64,000 nucleotides of DNA from a virus (IMGVR_UViG_3300009070_000001:1-64000), one strand, 5' to 3'. Numbered from the stretch's first letter, positions 19,267 to 29,197 are shown. Notes: generated from the letters alone by a model not told the origin. Program-made: numbers and translations.

Positions 19267-20628
19267 ATGTCTACAAATCAGATTAGTTTAAGACAGCTCC
19301 AGCCTGGCTCTACTAGTGGTGTCTATTTGGCTAACTCTGGAGTTGTTGGAATATTAAAATATAACCTTACAGCAACTACTTCACCTGCAGCAGGTAATGA
19401 CAACACTCAAGGTTATGCACAAGGTTCCTTTTGGTATGATACTACTGCCAAAAGGAACTATTTGTGTGAAAATGCTGCTACTGGTGCTGCAGTATGGAAA
19501 TCTGTAGGAACTATTCCTTTTTCCCAGGTAACGGGTATTACAGGGACTGCAGATACTACCACTTTTCTTCGTGGAGATGGATCCTGGAATAATACTATTA
19601 CAGGTCCTATTACAGTTGATAATTATATGGTTATTACTGGAACAGGTTCTGCTTCTGTAACTGCTGGTTCGATGGGTATTTGGAATGTGTCCGGCGATAT
19701 GATGGCCAACATTCCTACTGGTGGATCTTTTTACGTTCGTATAAATAACACAAATGTATTTAATGCTACGGGCTCTTTAACAACCGTCTATTCCTCTGGT
19801 GGTATTTATTTCCCAAGCACTGGCACCATAACTAATACTAATAAACAAATTGCTAGTGTATCAGGTGCCCTTCAGTATAATACTATTTCTAGCACTAGTC
19901 ATACTTTTACAGTGGTGGGAACTAATGTAGCTACTTTAAATGGTTCTGACTGGAATGTTGGTACTAATACAGGAACAGCATGTAATATTAGTGGTAATAG
20001 CACTTTTAAAGCTCTTGCTATTAAGGTTCCCTCAACTGGTTTTGTTGGAATGTATGTTAACAATTCCTTAGTTAGTTCTTTCGAATCTACTTTAGTTACA
20101 TTAAGCAATACTAATGGTATTTATCTTAATAGTTCTACGGGAACTATTACATCTACCAATCGCCAAATTGCTGGAACCTCTGGTGGTTTAGCTTATAACA
20201 CTCCTACAGGTGTTGTTCATGAATTTATGATTGCGGGCACAGGTAAAGTTCGTTTTAGTGGAGCTGGATTACTATTTCCCTCTGATCATACTGGTTGGAC
20301 TAATACTGATTATGGTTTCTATAGATATTCAGGAGGCATTGTTTACAATGTTCCATCTACGTTATCTCACCAATTTGCAGTTGCTGGTGCCAATTATCTT
20401 ATTGTAAATGCAGGTGGAGCAAGCTGGACTACTGATCAAACAGTATCCGCTTCCATCTCCTCCCTGGTTAGAATTGATTCAGGGTCTATGGTTTACAACG
20501 TTCCAACTAGTAAATTGCATTCATTTAGAATTAATAACGTAGAAATTGCAAGAATTGATTCCACTGGTTTAGTAGTAACTAACGATGCCCAGGATTGGTT
20601 CGCTTATTCTCAGAACTATTATCATTAA
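19267..20628 (+). CDS. Fibre protein with ~50-aa internal repeats
   Basis: P...ND.TQGY..GS.W, C...A.GAAVW, FLRGDGSW, repeated YN(V/T)P(T/S)..H.F. Confidence 0.75.
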   Translation: MSTNQISLRQLQPGSTSGVYLANSGVVGILKYNLTATTSPAAGNDNTQGYAQGSFWYDTTAKRNYLCENAATGAAVWKSVGTIPFSQVTGITGTADTTTFLRGDGSWNNTITGPITVDNYMVITGTGSASVTAGSMGIWNVSGDMMANIPTGGSFYVRINNTNVFNATGSLTTVYSSGGIYFPSTGTITNTNKQIASVSGALQYNTISSTSHTFTVVGTNVATLNGSDWNVGTNTGTACNISGNSTFKALAIKVPSTGFVGMYVNNSLVSSFESTLVTLSNTNGIYLNSSTGTITSTNRQIAGTSGGLAYNTPTGVVHEFMIAGTGKVRFSGAGLLFPSDHTGWTNTDYGFYRYSGGIVYNVPSTLSHQFAVAGANYLIVNAGGASWTTDQTVSASISSLVRIDSGSMVYNVPTSKLHSFRINNVEIARIDSTGLVVTNDAQDWFAYSQNYYH

Positions 20629-20654
20629 TATTTGAAAAAAGGAAATAATTTATC

Positions 20655-20972
20655 ATGGCAATTACACCAAAATGGTTAGCTGATGGACAAGCAGCTGCTA
20701 CACAAACAGCAATATATACAGTAGGTTCCGATCCAGCAACAGTAGTTGGTGGAATGATTAATTTACATAATACAAATGCTGGTATTCAAGCAGTAACTGT
20801 AGCAGTAAATGGAACTGGAACAATTAGAACTATTCATAAATTGTCTCTTCTTCAAAATGATAGTGCTATTGTGGATATTCCTGTATTAAACGCTGGAGAT
20901 ATTGTTTATTTAACCACTACTACAGGTAGTGCTTTAAATTATGTATTTCATGGTGGATTGGTAACAGCATAA
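20655..20972 (+). CDS. Small fibre-associated structural protein
   Basis: T.IYTV, LHNTN, LNAGD.V beta-sandwich-type pattern; lies between fibre genes. Confidence 0.55.
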   Translation: MAITPKWLADGQAAATQTAIYTVGSDPATVVGGMINLHNTNAGIQAVTVAVNGTGTIRTIHKLSLLQNDSAIVDIPVLNAGDIVYLTTTTGSALNYVFHGGLVTA

Positions 20973-20973
20973 T

Positions 20974-22194
20974 ATGGCTATTAAAGGCGGAACAAATGGA
21001 GGCTATACTGGTGGCAATTTAGGTGGTACTGGTTATGGCCCTAAATGTTATAACACCGGAGGCATTCCGTATTCTACAGGTCTATTTAATAATCGACTTT
21101 CTTATGATTTTAGAGTATCTAATACTACTATTTTTTCTTTTGGAACAACCGATGCCACACTCGCTGCTACTAATGGCTTAGCAATTACCTCTTCTACAGG
21201 CGGCGTAATTAACAGCGGTGCTACTCGGCAAATATTTGGAAATTCAAGCGGACTAATTCTTAATACTCCTACAGGAACGGCTGTTCAATTAGTCGTTAAT
21301 GGAAGTGCTATTTTTGGTGCTCAAGCAAATGGTCTATATTTTTATACCGATACAGGTTCCCCACCCTCAGGACAGATTGGACTAAATCGTTCTTCAAGTG
21401 TAAACTTAATCGCTTCTGTTCCTACAGGGGGTTCATTTTGGGTAAATTATAATAACAGTATTGATACTGGAATTTCTACTGCGAGTATTTTATTTGGATT
21501 TAATGGACAAACAAGTACTATAAATTCTAGTTATAACGTTATTGCTAGAATGACTGGTGGAAGTATGGGATATAATGCGCCAGCTGGGAGCCACATCTGG
21601 CATATTGCGGGTTCACAATATGGAGCCCTAAGTTCTAGTCTTTTAACATTGGCCAATACAGACGGCATTTATATGGCACATACTGGAGGCACAATTACTG
21701 CTGCTAATAGGCAATATGCAGGAACGTCAACTGGTTTAAATTATAATGTGCCTACTTCTTTGGCACATACTTTCTTGGCCAATAATGTAACGCATGCTGT
21801 ATTAAATGCTAGTGGTGTTAGAGTTCCAAATGCCTTGCAATTCTTGGGAACTACTTCAGGTGGTTCTGCAATGAATTTGGCAACAATTACTTCTAACAAC
21901 GTAATTGTTTATGGTCCTAATGGAACTAGCCAATACACAATTGCAGCCGCCGGAACTCAGGTTTTATTTGCCAATACAGTTAAAGGTGTTCTTATAATTT
22001 ATACCGATACTACAGGCGAATATGCTCTTTACCATTTAGATGGAGCTGGATCAGGAACAGCTTTTTCAGGGTCTTCTGTATTCGTTATTGGAACTCCCGC
22101 TTCAGATAAAATCGGTATAGATAATTCTGGTGGTAACTATAGGATCAATAATAATTCTAGAGGATCTAGAAATTTCTATGTCGTAAAAATATAA
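20974..22194 (+). CDS. Fibre protein, paralog of 19267, with a distinct C-terminal tip domain
   Basis: Same RQ.AG.S.GL.YN.PT repeats; G/S/T/N-rich. Confidence 0.75.
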   Translation: MAIKGGTNGGYTGGNLGGTGYGPKCYNTGGIPYSTGLFNNRLSYDFRVSNTTIFSFGTTDATLAATNGLAITSSTGGVINSGATRQIFGNSSGLILNTPTGTAVQLVVNGSAIFGAQANGLYFYTDTGSPPSGQIGLNRSSSVNLIASVPTGGSFWVNYNNSIDTGISTASILFGFNGQTSTINSSYNVIARMTGGSMGYNAPAGSHIWHIAGSQYGALSSSLLTLANTDGIYMAHTGGTITAANRQYAGTSTGLNYNVPTSLAHTFLANNVTHAVLNASGVRVPNALQFLGTTSGGSAMNLATITSNNVIVYGPNGTSQYTIAAAGTQVLFANTVKGVLIIYTDTTGEYALYHLDGAGSGTAFSGSSVFVIGTPASDKIGIDNSGGNYRINNNSRGSRNFYVVKI

Positions 22195-22251
22195 TATTCC
22201 ATAGTATGCTATGTATGTTTATTTTACGAATTTCGGGGATTTTTAGAATAA

Positions 22252-22563
22252 ATGGCTTTGAATAATCAAGGTAGAAGAACAGATGATTTCTCTCTAGCCG
22301 CAGGAGCATCTTATACAATTGGTGCTACTACGATTTAGGGTTGGATTTCAGTATTTACCGAGGGTGGGGACTTCGGTAGTTTCTTTTTAAATGGAAGTAG
22401 CGGAACTATTTCGTCTACTTCCAGTTTAAATCTAGGTTTTCTTATTGGTGGAATTTTGGGTAATAACATTGTCTCTACTTCAGGAGGCAATTTTATTATT
22501 AAGAATAATACGGCAGGCACTTTAGCTTACCATATTATTTACCAAATTTATACTCCACAATAG
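22252..22563 (+). pseudogene. Stand-alone paralog of the fibre tip domain with one in-frame TAG (22336-22338)
   Basis: Manual translation MALNNQGRRTDDFSLAAGASYTIGATTI*GWISVFTEGGDFGSFFLNG...SGGNFIIKNNTAGTLAYHIIYQIYTPQ aligns to the last ~90 aa of ORF 20974. Confidence 0.75.
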
Positions 22564-22575
22564 TTTTCTCAAATT

Positions 22576-22635
22576 AAAGGGTCCTTGGATTTTAGTATCT
22601 AATCTTCTAGATACTAAAATCTTAAGGACTTTTTT
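22576..22635. repeat. Long imperfect inverted repeat (~26-bp arms)
   Basis: AAAGGGTCCTTGGATTTTAGTATCTA-atcttc-TAGATACTAAAATCTTAAGGACTTTT. Confidence 0.8.
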
Positions 22636-22851
22636 CATGAATAACAAAGAACAGCTAAATCAGCAAAGACTCCACTTGCTAGAAATGATCGCGCAACTTA
22701 GCCTTAATTCTTTTGAAATGGCTACTCAATTGGAGAAGATCAATTCCCGCAGAGACGCTGCTGTAGAAGACTTGGTTTCCGTAGTTAATCAAATTAACTA
22801 TTTGGAAGAAAAAGAAAAAGAATCTAACGTTTTGGAAGTAGTTAAGTAATA

Positions 22852-23163
22852 ATGGGATATGTAGCTAAAGATTTTGATCTTCCAGCTTTTAATGTAACCT
22901 TGCCTAGTGTTTATGGATGTTTTAAGCAAATGGAAGTTTCTCTAGATGTTGGAGTATGTCGTCTAGACTTACATTGGTTTTCAGATAAAGAAGGCGCTCA
23001 AGACCCCAAAGTAAAAGCTCTAGACGTTTGGTCTTATGCTTTCCCTCCCGAATTTATTGATCAATTGTTTAAAACAAATAGCAACCAATCAGCATTTGGT
23101 GTAGCATATTCTTACATTCGCACTATTGATGAAAGATTTAAAAATATTGAAGACGATTTTTAA
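22852..23163 (+). CDS. Putative fibre assembly chaperone-like protein
   Basis: Position after the fibre genes; C-terminal AY.YI.....F...ED pattern. Confidence 0.4.
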   Translation: MGYVAKDFDLPAFNVTLPSVYGCFKQMEVSLDVGVCRLDLHWFSDKEGAQDPKVKALDVWSYAFPPEFIDQLFKTNSNQSAFGVAYSYIRTIDERFKNIEDDF

Positions 23164-23800
23164 GAAACTATTTCTTCTGACCACAATTTTATTTTCTTTA
23201 GGTTGTGGAAATGGAGATTTAAATAAATCAGATCCTCAGACATATACTACTATTGGTCAAGGTCCAGTAACAATTACTGTAGTTAATCAATCCAGCATGC
23301 CTGATGAAAAGCTACAGAGAGTTATTAATACAGTTAATCTCCAATTAGATAAAGATGTAAAACCAGTTTTTGGTATTGAAGGCAATTGTGCTTTAGGTCC
23401 TTTAGGTTCTAGAACACTTTATATTAAAGAAAATTTTTTAGAATTTCCAAGTATTGCTGGAAAATGCACAGGATTTCATACTACCGGAAGTTTAGGTTAT
23501 GTAGATCTAACTACTTGTGGAGACGATCAAATTTTTTGTATAACTGTTTCTCATGAAGTTATAGAAATGCTTAGTAATCCTAATGGCTTACGAGGTGGTA
23601 ATGAATTGTGTGACCCTTGCAATTCTAGAACTTATGCTTATACAAATTTTGAAGCACCAGAATTTAAAGTTTCAGATTTTGTATATCCAAATTTCTATAT
23701 TCCAGGCGCTCCAGGTCCTTATGACAAAACAGGATTTGTTCCAGGAGTTTTAACACCAGCACCGGGCGGCGAAGTTTTCGCAACTATTCAAGAAAATTAG
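23126..23800 (+). CDS. Lipoprotein with a putative zinc-metallopeptidase motif
   Basis: Signal peptide and lipobox LFSLG-C; GFH, SHEVIEMLSNP, ELCDPC, VSDFVYP.FY. Confidence 0.65.
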   Translation: MMKDLKILKTIFKKLFLLTTILFSLGCGNGDLNKSDPQTYTTIGQGPVTITVVNQSSMPDEKLQRVINTVNLQLDKDVKPVFGIEGNCALGPLGSRTLYIKENFLEFPSIAGKCTGFHTTGSLGYVDLTTCGDDQIFCITVSHEVIEMLSNPNGLRGGNELCDPCNSRTYAYTNFEAPEFKVSDFVYPNFYIPGAPGPYDKTGFVPGVLTPAPGGEVFATIQEN

Positions 23801-24109
23801 AGGATACAATGGCTAAATTACTTACTTTTGAAGCTAAAAGACTTTGTAGTAGAATTTATCAAATAAATACCGCTTTTGCCCAATGTGGCAAAAATCTTTC
23901 AGTCGCTAGATTAGGCGGAGCAGTTCAAATGCCTAATGATTATTTTATAGTTCATAATCATATTCTTGGACATGTTGTAATATTTCCTGAAGATGTTGCC
24001 GAAGACGATAACGTTTTGATTCAAGGCGTAGTAGATTAAATGGGAATGTTCTTATGTGGATTCACATTAGGAATTGTAGTATTTTATCTTTTCATAATGG
24101 ATCTGTAAC

Positions 24110-24544
24110 TTAACGGCCTCTACCCTTTAAGTCTTCAAGTTCTTCAATAGCCAGCTCGAAAAATTCTTTCTTGCTGGCTTCTATCAATCTACGGCCTTGA
24201 TCCTCAAGGTATTGAGTGTAATAAGCTCCTGAGGTAATATAAATTCGGATGAATTTATTATTATCATTATAGCTACCTAAAAATACTTTCAGCATGTCCA
24301 ATAATCCAGGTTGTTCATGGCCAGCCGGTGTTTTTCTAGCCGGGTATTCTCCTGGAGCTGAAGCTTGATACATTGTTTTAGTTTTAGAATTATAATACCA
24401 AAATCCGTGTTTAGGAGCTTCCATTTCGTCTTTGATATATTTATACCAAACGTCAGGAACTTCTTTAAGCTTATCATAAACTTTTCTATATACTTGCTTA
24501 GAGATTTTTTCTAAAGCAATTTGTTTAAAATTTGTTTTTCCCAT
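24110..24544 (-). CDS. Hypothetical protein
   Basis: 144-aa ORF, isolated on the minus strand. Confidence 0.55.
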   Translation of the reverse strand: MGKTNFKQIALEKISKQVYRKVYDKLKEVPDVWYKYIKDEMEAPKHGFWYYNSKTKTMYQASAPGEYPARKTPAGHEQPGLLDMLKVFLGSYNDNNKFIRIYITSGAYYTQYLEDQGRRLIEASKKEFFELAIEELEDLKGRGR

Positions 24545-24581
24545 ATAGAAGATTATTCTAAATATAACTAGAATAAGACCT

Positions 24582-25076
24582 TTGATGAAAACCCGAGTTC
24601 AGAGAATCAATGAAGCAATTTTCTATCTTTTTATAAATAAGGGCGAATCTGCTCGACAGATTCAGAAGCAGTTGCTTACTTATGATATAGAACTTAGTTT
24701 AGTAGAAATTCTTACTATTATAAGTTCTTTTAATTATAAGCCAATTAAAGATAGAAAAAAATCTAAAACTCAAACCTTAAAATCAGAATTTAAAGATATT
24801 TTAGAACCTTTAATTAGAACAGCTTCTACTTATGGGATAAGTAACAAGAAAATAGTGGAGTATTTAAATTATTATAATTATCCGTATCCTAATAGCAAAA
24901 ATAAAGAATTTACAGTTTGTAAATTAGATTCTTTATTAGCTGACTATCAATTTAATTATAAAAGAAAAAGAAAAAAATTAAGTAAGACTGATGAAGAAAT
25001 ATTTAATTTAATAAATACTAGTTTAGATCATGAAGAATTAATTAATTTAGAGAATTGGAAAAGATCAAATGTTTAA
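24582..25076 (+). CDS. DNA-binding protein with recombinase-type HTH segments
   Basis: G.SARQI...L and GISNKKIVEYLN...YP..K.FT...L..LL. Confidence 0.45.
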   Translation: MMKTRVQRINEAIFYLFINKGESARQIQKQLLTYDIELSLVEILTIISSFNYKPIKDRKKSKTQTLKSEFKDILEPLIRTASTYGISNKKIVEYLNYYNYPYPNSKNKEFTVCKLDSLLADYQFNYKRKRKKLSKTDEEIFNLINTSLDHEELINLENWKRSNV

Positions 25077-25447
25077 ATATCTACCCGAATTAGTTTCTAG
25101 TTATTTTATTGCCAGAGAAATGGGTTCTGCAGGTAAAGGTGCTCAATTTTGGGAATCTGCCTATCATGCAAAGACTAATGAAATGCTTAATAGTCAGGCT
25201 CAATTAAAAGCTGAACAAGATTTAGTTATTAGAATGAGAGAAGAAGCAATTGTTGGGCATAACAATGTCCTAGAATTAGTTAAACAGCTTCAAGAAGCCG
25301 AAAAAGAAAATTTTACTTTGTATAGAGGATATACTCAATTGGTAGAACAAATTGAAGACCTTGGATTTGAAGTAGATGATGAAAACATGATCATCGTCCC
25401 TGAAGACGTAGAGGTAACTGAAGAAGAGGTAGACGAACGATCCCCTC

Positions 25448-25559
25448 TTGACAAAGACCCAGACTAAGCTTATTATCTAGAAGTTGATTCTTACCAAATC
25501 AACATAGCCATGTTGACATCATCCCAGGAGGGACTCTTAATCGAGTCCCTATTTTTTTT
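25448..25559 (+). ncRNA. Candidate small RNA unit (promoter + ~77-nt ORF-less transcript + terminator)
   Basis: TTGACA-N17-TATTAT at 25448-25476; hairpins; terminator AGGGACTC-ttaatc-GAGTCCCT-A-T8 at 25529-25559. Confidence 0.5.
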
Positions 25560-25568
25560 ACTTCTAGG

Positions 25569-25599
25569 TAACATGTTTGTAACATAGTTGTGCTAAGAT
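25569..25599 (+). promoter_or_regulatory. Promoter with phased TAACA boxes
   Basis: TAACA at 25569/25580; TG-c-TAAGAT at 25594. Confidence 0.65.
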
Positions 25600-25608
25600 T
25601 TTTACCTA

Positions 25609-25848
25609 ATGCATCTTAGCTATTTTAAAATAAATTATCACATTCACCCTAAATTTAGAAATACGTCTTTTTCTAAAAAAAATTATAACATTATTTACTA
25701 CGGTAACCTACCTTTAATAATAGGTAAGTCTGATGAAGTATGTTTGTCTAGAGTAGATCGATTATTTAAAAATAAAGAAACATTAGGCCAATTTCGTATA
25801 AAATTTCAGGAATTAGGAACCGATTATCTTGAGAGTCTTAGTGTATAA
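25609..25848 (+). CDS. Small protein, YxN[LI]P family
   Basis: IIYYGNLPLII. Confidence 0.7.
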   Translation: MHLSYFKINYHIHPKFRNTSFSKKNYNIIYYGNLPLIIGKSDEVCLSRVDRLFKNKETLGQFRIKFQELGTDYLESLSV

Positions 25849-25857
25849 GTTTAATTT

Positions 25858-26088
25858 ATGAATCCAAGATATTTTAGAATTTATTATGCTCATTCGGAAT
25901 TAAATAGAAACTTAAAACATAATTTAAAGATAGGTGGTGGAGAAAATTGGATATATTATGCTAATATTCCTATATCTTTTGGAAATATAGAGACATTAAA
26001 GTGTCTTAACCTTTTAAGAAAATATAATGAAGAAGTAGACTTAGCATTCCTGTGTAATGGAATTGATACTTTCAGAATAGGTTACTAA
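25858..26088 (+). CDS. Small protein, YxN[LI]P family
   Basis: WIYYANIPISF. Confidence 0.7.
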   Translation: MNPRYFRIYYAHSELNRNLKHNLKIGGGENWIYYANIPISFGNIETLKCLNLLRKYNEEVDLAFLCNGIDTFRIGY

Positions 26089-26374
26089 AAGTGGAAATAA
26101 TTTTAGAAGATGATAAAAAATTAGTTCAAAGAGAAATAGCTAAGTGGGCAAAACAAAGAGCAAATTTCAATTCTAAAATAGATCCTTCTACAGAAGATGA
26201 AGGTCTATTAGAGAGACTAGCGGATGAAGCTTTATTTGCTTTGGAGTGGGTAGACGAAGAATATATTTACGAATTAGAAGAAGCTGGTGAAAATCGTCTA
26301 TGTTTCATGTATGCTAAAATAGACCCTGGAGAACTGCCTTTAGACCCTTACTATGACATTATAATTGAACTATA

Positions 26375-26599
26375 ATGAAATTACATTTATTTAAACTGAT
26401 AAGAAAACCAGATACGCAATTAATTGAGAAAGACAATTTCTTGCTTTATTATGGAAATAATTTAATTGGAACTTTTACTCATAAGCAATATATGGCTAAT
26501 CATGAAATAAATTTAATTATTAAATTATTTCATGGTCGTAAAGGTATAAATTTTTCCGATTTTGATGAAAATCGTGTTAGAACATTTACTTGGTTTTAA
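26375..26599 (+). CDS. Small protein, YxN[LI]P family (variant)
   Basis: LLYYGNNLIG. Confidence 0.65.
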   Translation: MKLHLFKLIRKPDTQLIEKDNFLLYYGNNLIGTFTHKQYMANHEINLIIKLFHGRKGINFSDFDENRVRTFTWF

Positions 26600-26616
26600 G
26601 AAGAAAGGTTTTTCTT

Positions 26617-26982
26617 ATGGGAAGAATTTCTCAAGTTGAAAAAGATTTTATTATTGAGTTACATTCAGAACATCATATTTCTATTTCTCAATTAGCTAAG
26701 CAGTCTAAACGTTCTGAAGGCGTAGTTAGAAGAATTCTTGGCCTGGAAGAACCTGTTTGTAAAAGTGAAAAAGCTTTTATTGAAATAGAATTGCCTTCAA
26801 CTGGTGAGAAATTTAGATTAAGAATTCCAGCCTCGGCTACAGAAGAGGACCAAGAATTAATTTCACAAGTAATTACGGATTATTACAATCCAGACCCGCA
26901 AGTCTTAAAAAGAATAAAATCTGTAATATTAGGAAATAAATTAAAAGAAATTATAGAAGAAGAATGTTTAGATGAGGATTAG
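26617..26982 (+). CDS. HTH protein; N-terminal HTH related to the C-terminus of 27549/34550/52530
   Basis: MGRISQVEKDFIIELH....SISQLAKQSKRSEGVVRRIL. Confidence 0.7.
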   Translation: MGRISQVEKDFIIELHSEHHISISQLAKQSKRSEGVVRRILGLEEPVCKSEKAFIEIELPSTGEKFRLRIPASATEEDQELISQVITDYYNPDPQVLKRIKSVILGNKLKEIIEEECLDED

Positions 26983-27184
26983 TTTATTTAATTCTGCGTA
27001 TCCTGTGTCTATTAAAGAAAAATTTATACATTTGCGATATGCAAATATCCCTATTTTTGTGCATAAAAGAAAAGATTGGGCATATAATTTCGAAAACGTG
27101 ACTGTAGTTTCAAAATTATTAAATAAATCAAAAGATACTGTTGATATCTATGTATTAAATAATACAACTTATTATCGTTCATGA
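26972..27184 (+). CDS. Small protein, YxN[LI]P family
   Basis: LRYANIPIF. Confidence 0.7.
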   Translation: MRISLFNSAYPVSIKEKFIHLRYANIPIFVHKRKDWAYNFENVTVVSKLLNKSKDTVDIYVLNNTTYYRS

Positions 27185-27423
27185 CGCCAGAATATTTTAA
27201 ATTAATTTTTTATGGAAATTACCCTTTGGGTGCTAATGATTTTTACCGATTAAATTATGCTAATTTACCTATTATAATTTTAAATTATCAAGAATATAGA
27301 GATGCCGTAGATATAGACCTAATTTCAGGGCTTTCAGGCAGACTTACACCTTGGGGGTTTTGTAATACTTCATCTACTGAAGAAGGACACTTTGAAAGAA
27401 GTGTTTACAAAGTTGTAACATAA
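27181..27423 (+). CDS. Small protein, YxN[LI]P family
   Basis: LNYANLPII. Confidence 0.7.
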   Translation: MTPEYFKLIFYGNYPLGANDFYRLNYANLPIIILNYQEYRDAVDIDLISGLSGRLTPWGFCNTSSTEEGHFERSVYKVVT

Positions 27424-27469
27424 AGTTTACATCTCTTGAGTAGACAGTCAACCTTGTTACATGTATACT
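27405..27469 (+). promoter_or_regulatory. Sigma70-type promoter with upstream phased boxes
   Basis: TTACA/TAACA/TTACA at 27405/27416/27427; TAGACA-N17-TATACT. Confidence 0.75.
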
Positions 27470-27548
27470 CAAGGTGTAAGCAGATTTGTAACATCTCGCC
27501 GAAGTTCTCTTAGAGAACTTTTCTTTTTATATTTTTCGGAGGCTTCCT

Positions 27549-28103
27549 TTGTCAGTGTTAGTAGAAACCCAACAAGAACAAGATATTTCTATGTTGGAAG
27601 AAATAGAAAAAACTTCTAATATAGAAGATCCTGCAATTATTGAACTCTTAGTTCCTAAGAAATTTAATTTAAGAAATGTTTTAGATTTACAAGATTTGGC
27701 CAGAGAATGTATTAGTCAAGGAATTGAAATAACTTCAAAGATAGAACATGAAACGGTAAATGGTCAGTTTGCAATAATCGGATCTGAACTTTATTTCAAT
27801 GGTAATACTAAAGCTAAAAACACCAGTAAAGGTGCTTATGAAAATGGATTCTATGAAAAACTAGAGTCTATGTTTAAAGAATACAAAAATAACGGTGTCC
27901 CAGAAAGCGTAGAGACTCGAAAATCGAGGCCTATAATTCAAGAAACAGAAGGCCTTAAACGAGGTAAGCTTAGTAAGACGGATAGAGAACTGATCATCTC
28001 GTCCTGGGATAATAATAAAGGTATGTCTATTAAAGACATTGCTAGAATGATGAATAGAAAAGAAGAATTTATTGATAAAATTATTGATGAGGTGCGTGTA
28101 TAA
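27549..28103 (+). CDS. C-terminal HTH protein, paralog 1 of 3
   Basis: FNLR...G.ELYFNG...RGKLSKTDRELII......GMSIKDIARMMNRKEEFI. Confidence 0.75.
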   Translation: MSVLVETQQEQDISMLEEIEKTSNIEDPAIIELLVPKKFNLRNVLDLQDLARECISQGIEITSKIEHETVNGQFAIIGSELYFNGNTKAKNTSKGAYENGFYEKLESMFKEYKNNGVPESVETRKSRPIIQETEGLKRGKLSKTDRELIISSWDNNKGMSIKDIARMMNRKEEFIDKIIDEVRV

Positions 28104-28436
28104 TTTGAATGTAATTAATAATGCAAAAGAGGTTGCTCATTATAGAGGCAATCTTGGACTTGTTTCTAAAGATATGTTGTCTTCAGAAAAGAAACGTCTT
28201 CAAGAGGAGATAGATAAACTAAATAAAGGTGGTAAAATTGTATTTACTACTAAAGGCTTGTCTCGTCAATTACGCAGACAGTCTTTGTCTTTGGTGAATA
28301 AAGAAGAAGCATGAGGTGAAATTGTCTGATTTTACGGATAAAGAATACATTAAACTTTTAAAAGAAAAACTAAAAATAGAAATGTATGAAGATCCCAAGA
28401 CAACGGAGCAAGCTTGTAAGGAATTAATGAAACATA

Positions 28437-28724
28437 ATGACAAACGATAAATTGGTAAATAATTTAATTAACATTATTAATGAACTCCCTTGTCAGGGAA
28501 TAAAGGGGAAGTCTACCGGAAGATGTCATCAAGTTAATTGTCTCCGTTGTCAGGCTTTAGATCAAGTAGAAGCTAACAAAGCTAAGGATATTACTCCTTT
28601 GAAAGAAAAGCTTAAGGGTAAATTCACTAACATGCTTTCTTGGTTTAAATTTGGCGGAAAGAAAAAAACTGATTACGTTGTAGCCGAATTAAAGAAATTG
28701 GGGTTCTTTAAAGATGACAATTGA
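28437..28724 (+). CDS. Small Cys4 zinc-binding protein, tandem paralog
   Basis: PC...C....CLRCQA...LKGK. Confidence 0.6.
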   Translation: MTNDKLVNNLINIINELPCQGIKGKSTGRCHQVNCLRCQALDQVEANKAKDITPLKEKLKGKFTNMLSWFKFGGKKKTDYVVAELKKLGFFKDDN

Positions 28725-28965
28725 CGATTTCAAAGAAATTGATTCACTCCTTACCTCTGCACCTTGTTCCAAGTTGATTCCAACTGATAATTGTAAGTAT
28801 CACGGATATACTTGTTTTAAATGTCAAGCTCAAAATAAATTGAGGGAAAATTTTCTTAAAACTAATTCCTTAAAAGGAAAGGTAAAAAGTTTTTTCTCCC
28901 AAGTTAAGACGGCTCCTCAAAGAGTATTGTTAATGAGAACTCTTTCTTCTATAAAAAAGAAATGA
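28714..28965 (+). CDS. Small Cys4 zinc-binding protein, tandem paralog
   Basis: PC...C.....CFKCQA...LKGK. Confidence 0.6.
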   Translation: MTIDDFKEIDSLLTSAPCSKLIPTDNCKYHGYTCFKCQAQNKLRENFLKTNSLKGKVKSFFSQVKTAPQRVLLMRTLSSIKKK

Positions 28966-29197
28966 ATTTTCTTTATAAAATAGTCTATAATGACGAAGTT
29001 ATTTATAGACTATACAATTCTAAACGAGATACTTTTTTTGGTGTAGATAGGCATGATTTTTCTAAATTACCTAATTTAAACTTTATGTGGTTTATAGATG
29101 ATCACTTATATAAACATATAGAGAAATTTACCTCATTAACAGAGTATCTTAAATATAGATACAGACCTATAGATTGTAAGTTGATTGGAGTATATTA

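Noticed and set aside
22335-22520. Minus-strand 61-aa ORF
   Set aside because: Antisense shadow of the plus-strand fibre-tip paralog.
19267-22635. Diversity-generating retroelement acting on the fibre tip
   Set aside because: No reverse transcriptase in the window. The tip paralog is diverged throughout, not a near-identical template differing only at adenines.
24582-25076. Serine integrase or prophage boundary
   Set aside because: Only an HTH-like segment is present, with no catalytic resolvase domain, no att sites and no host genes in the window.
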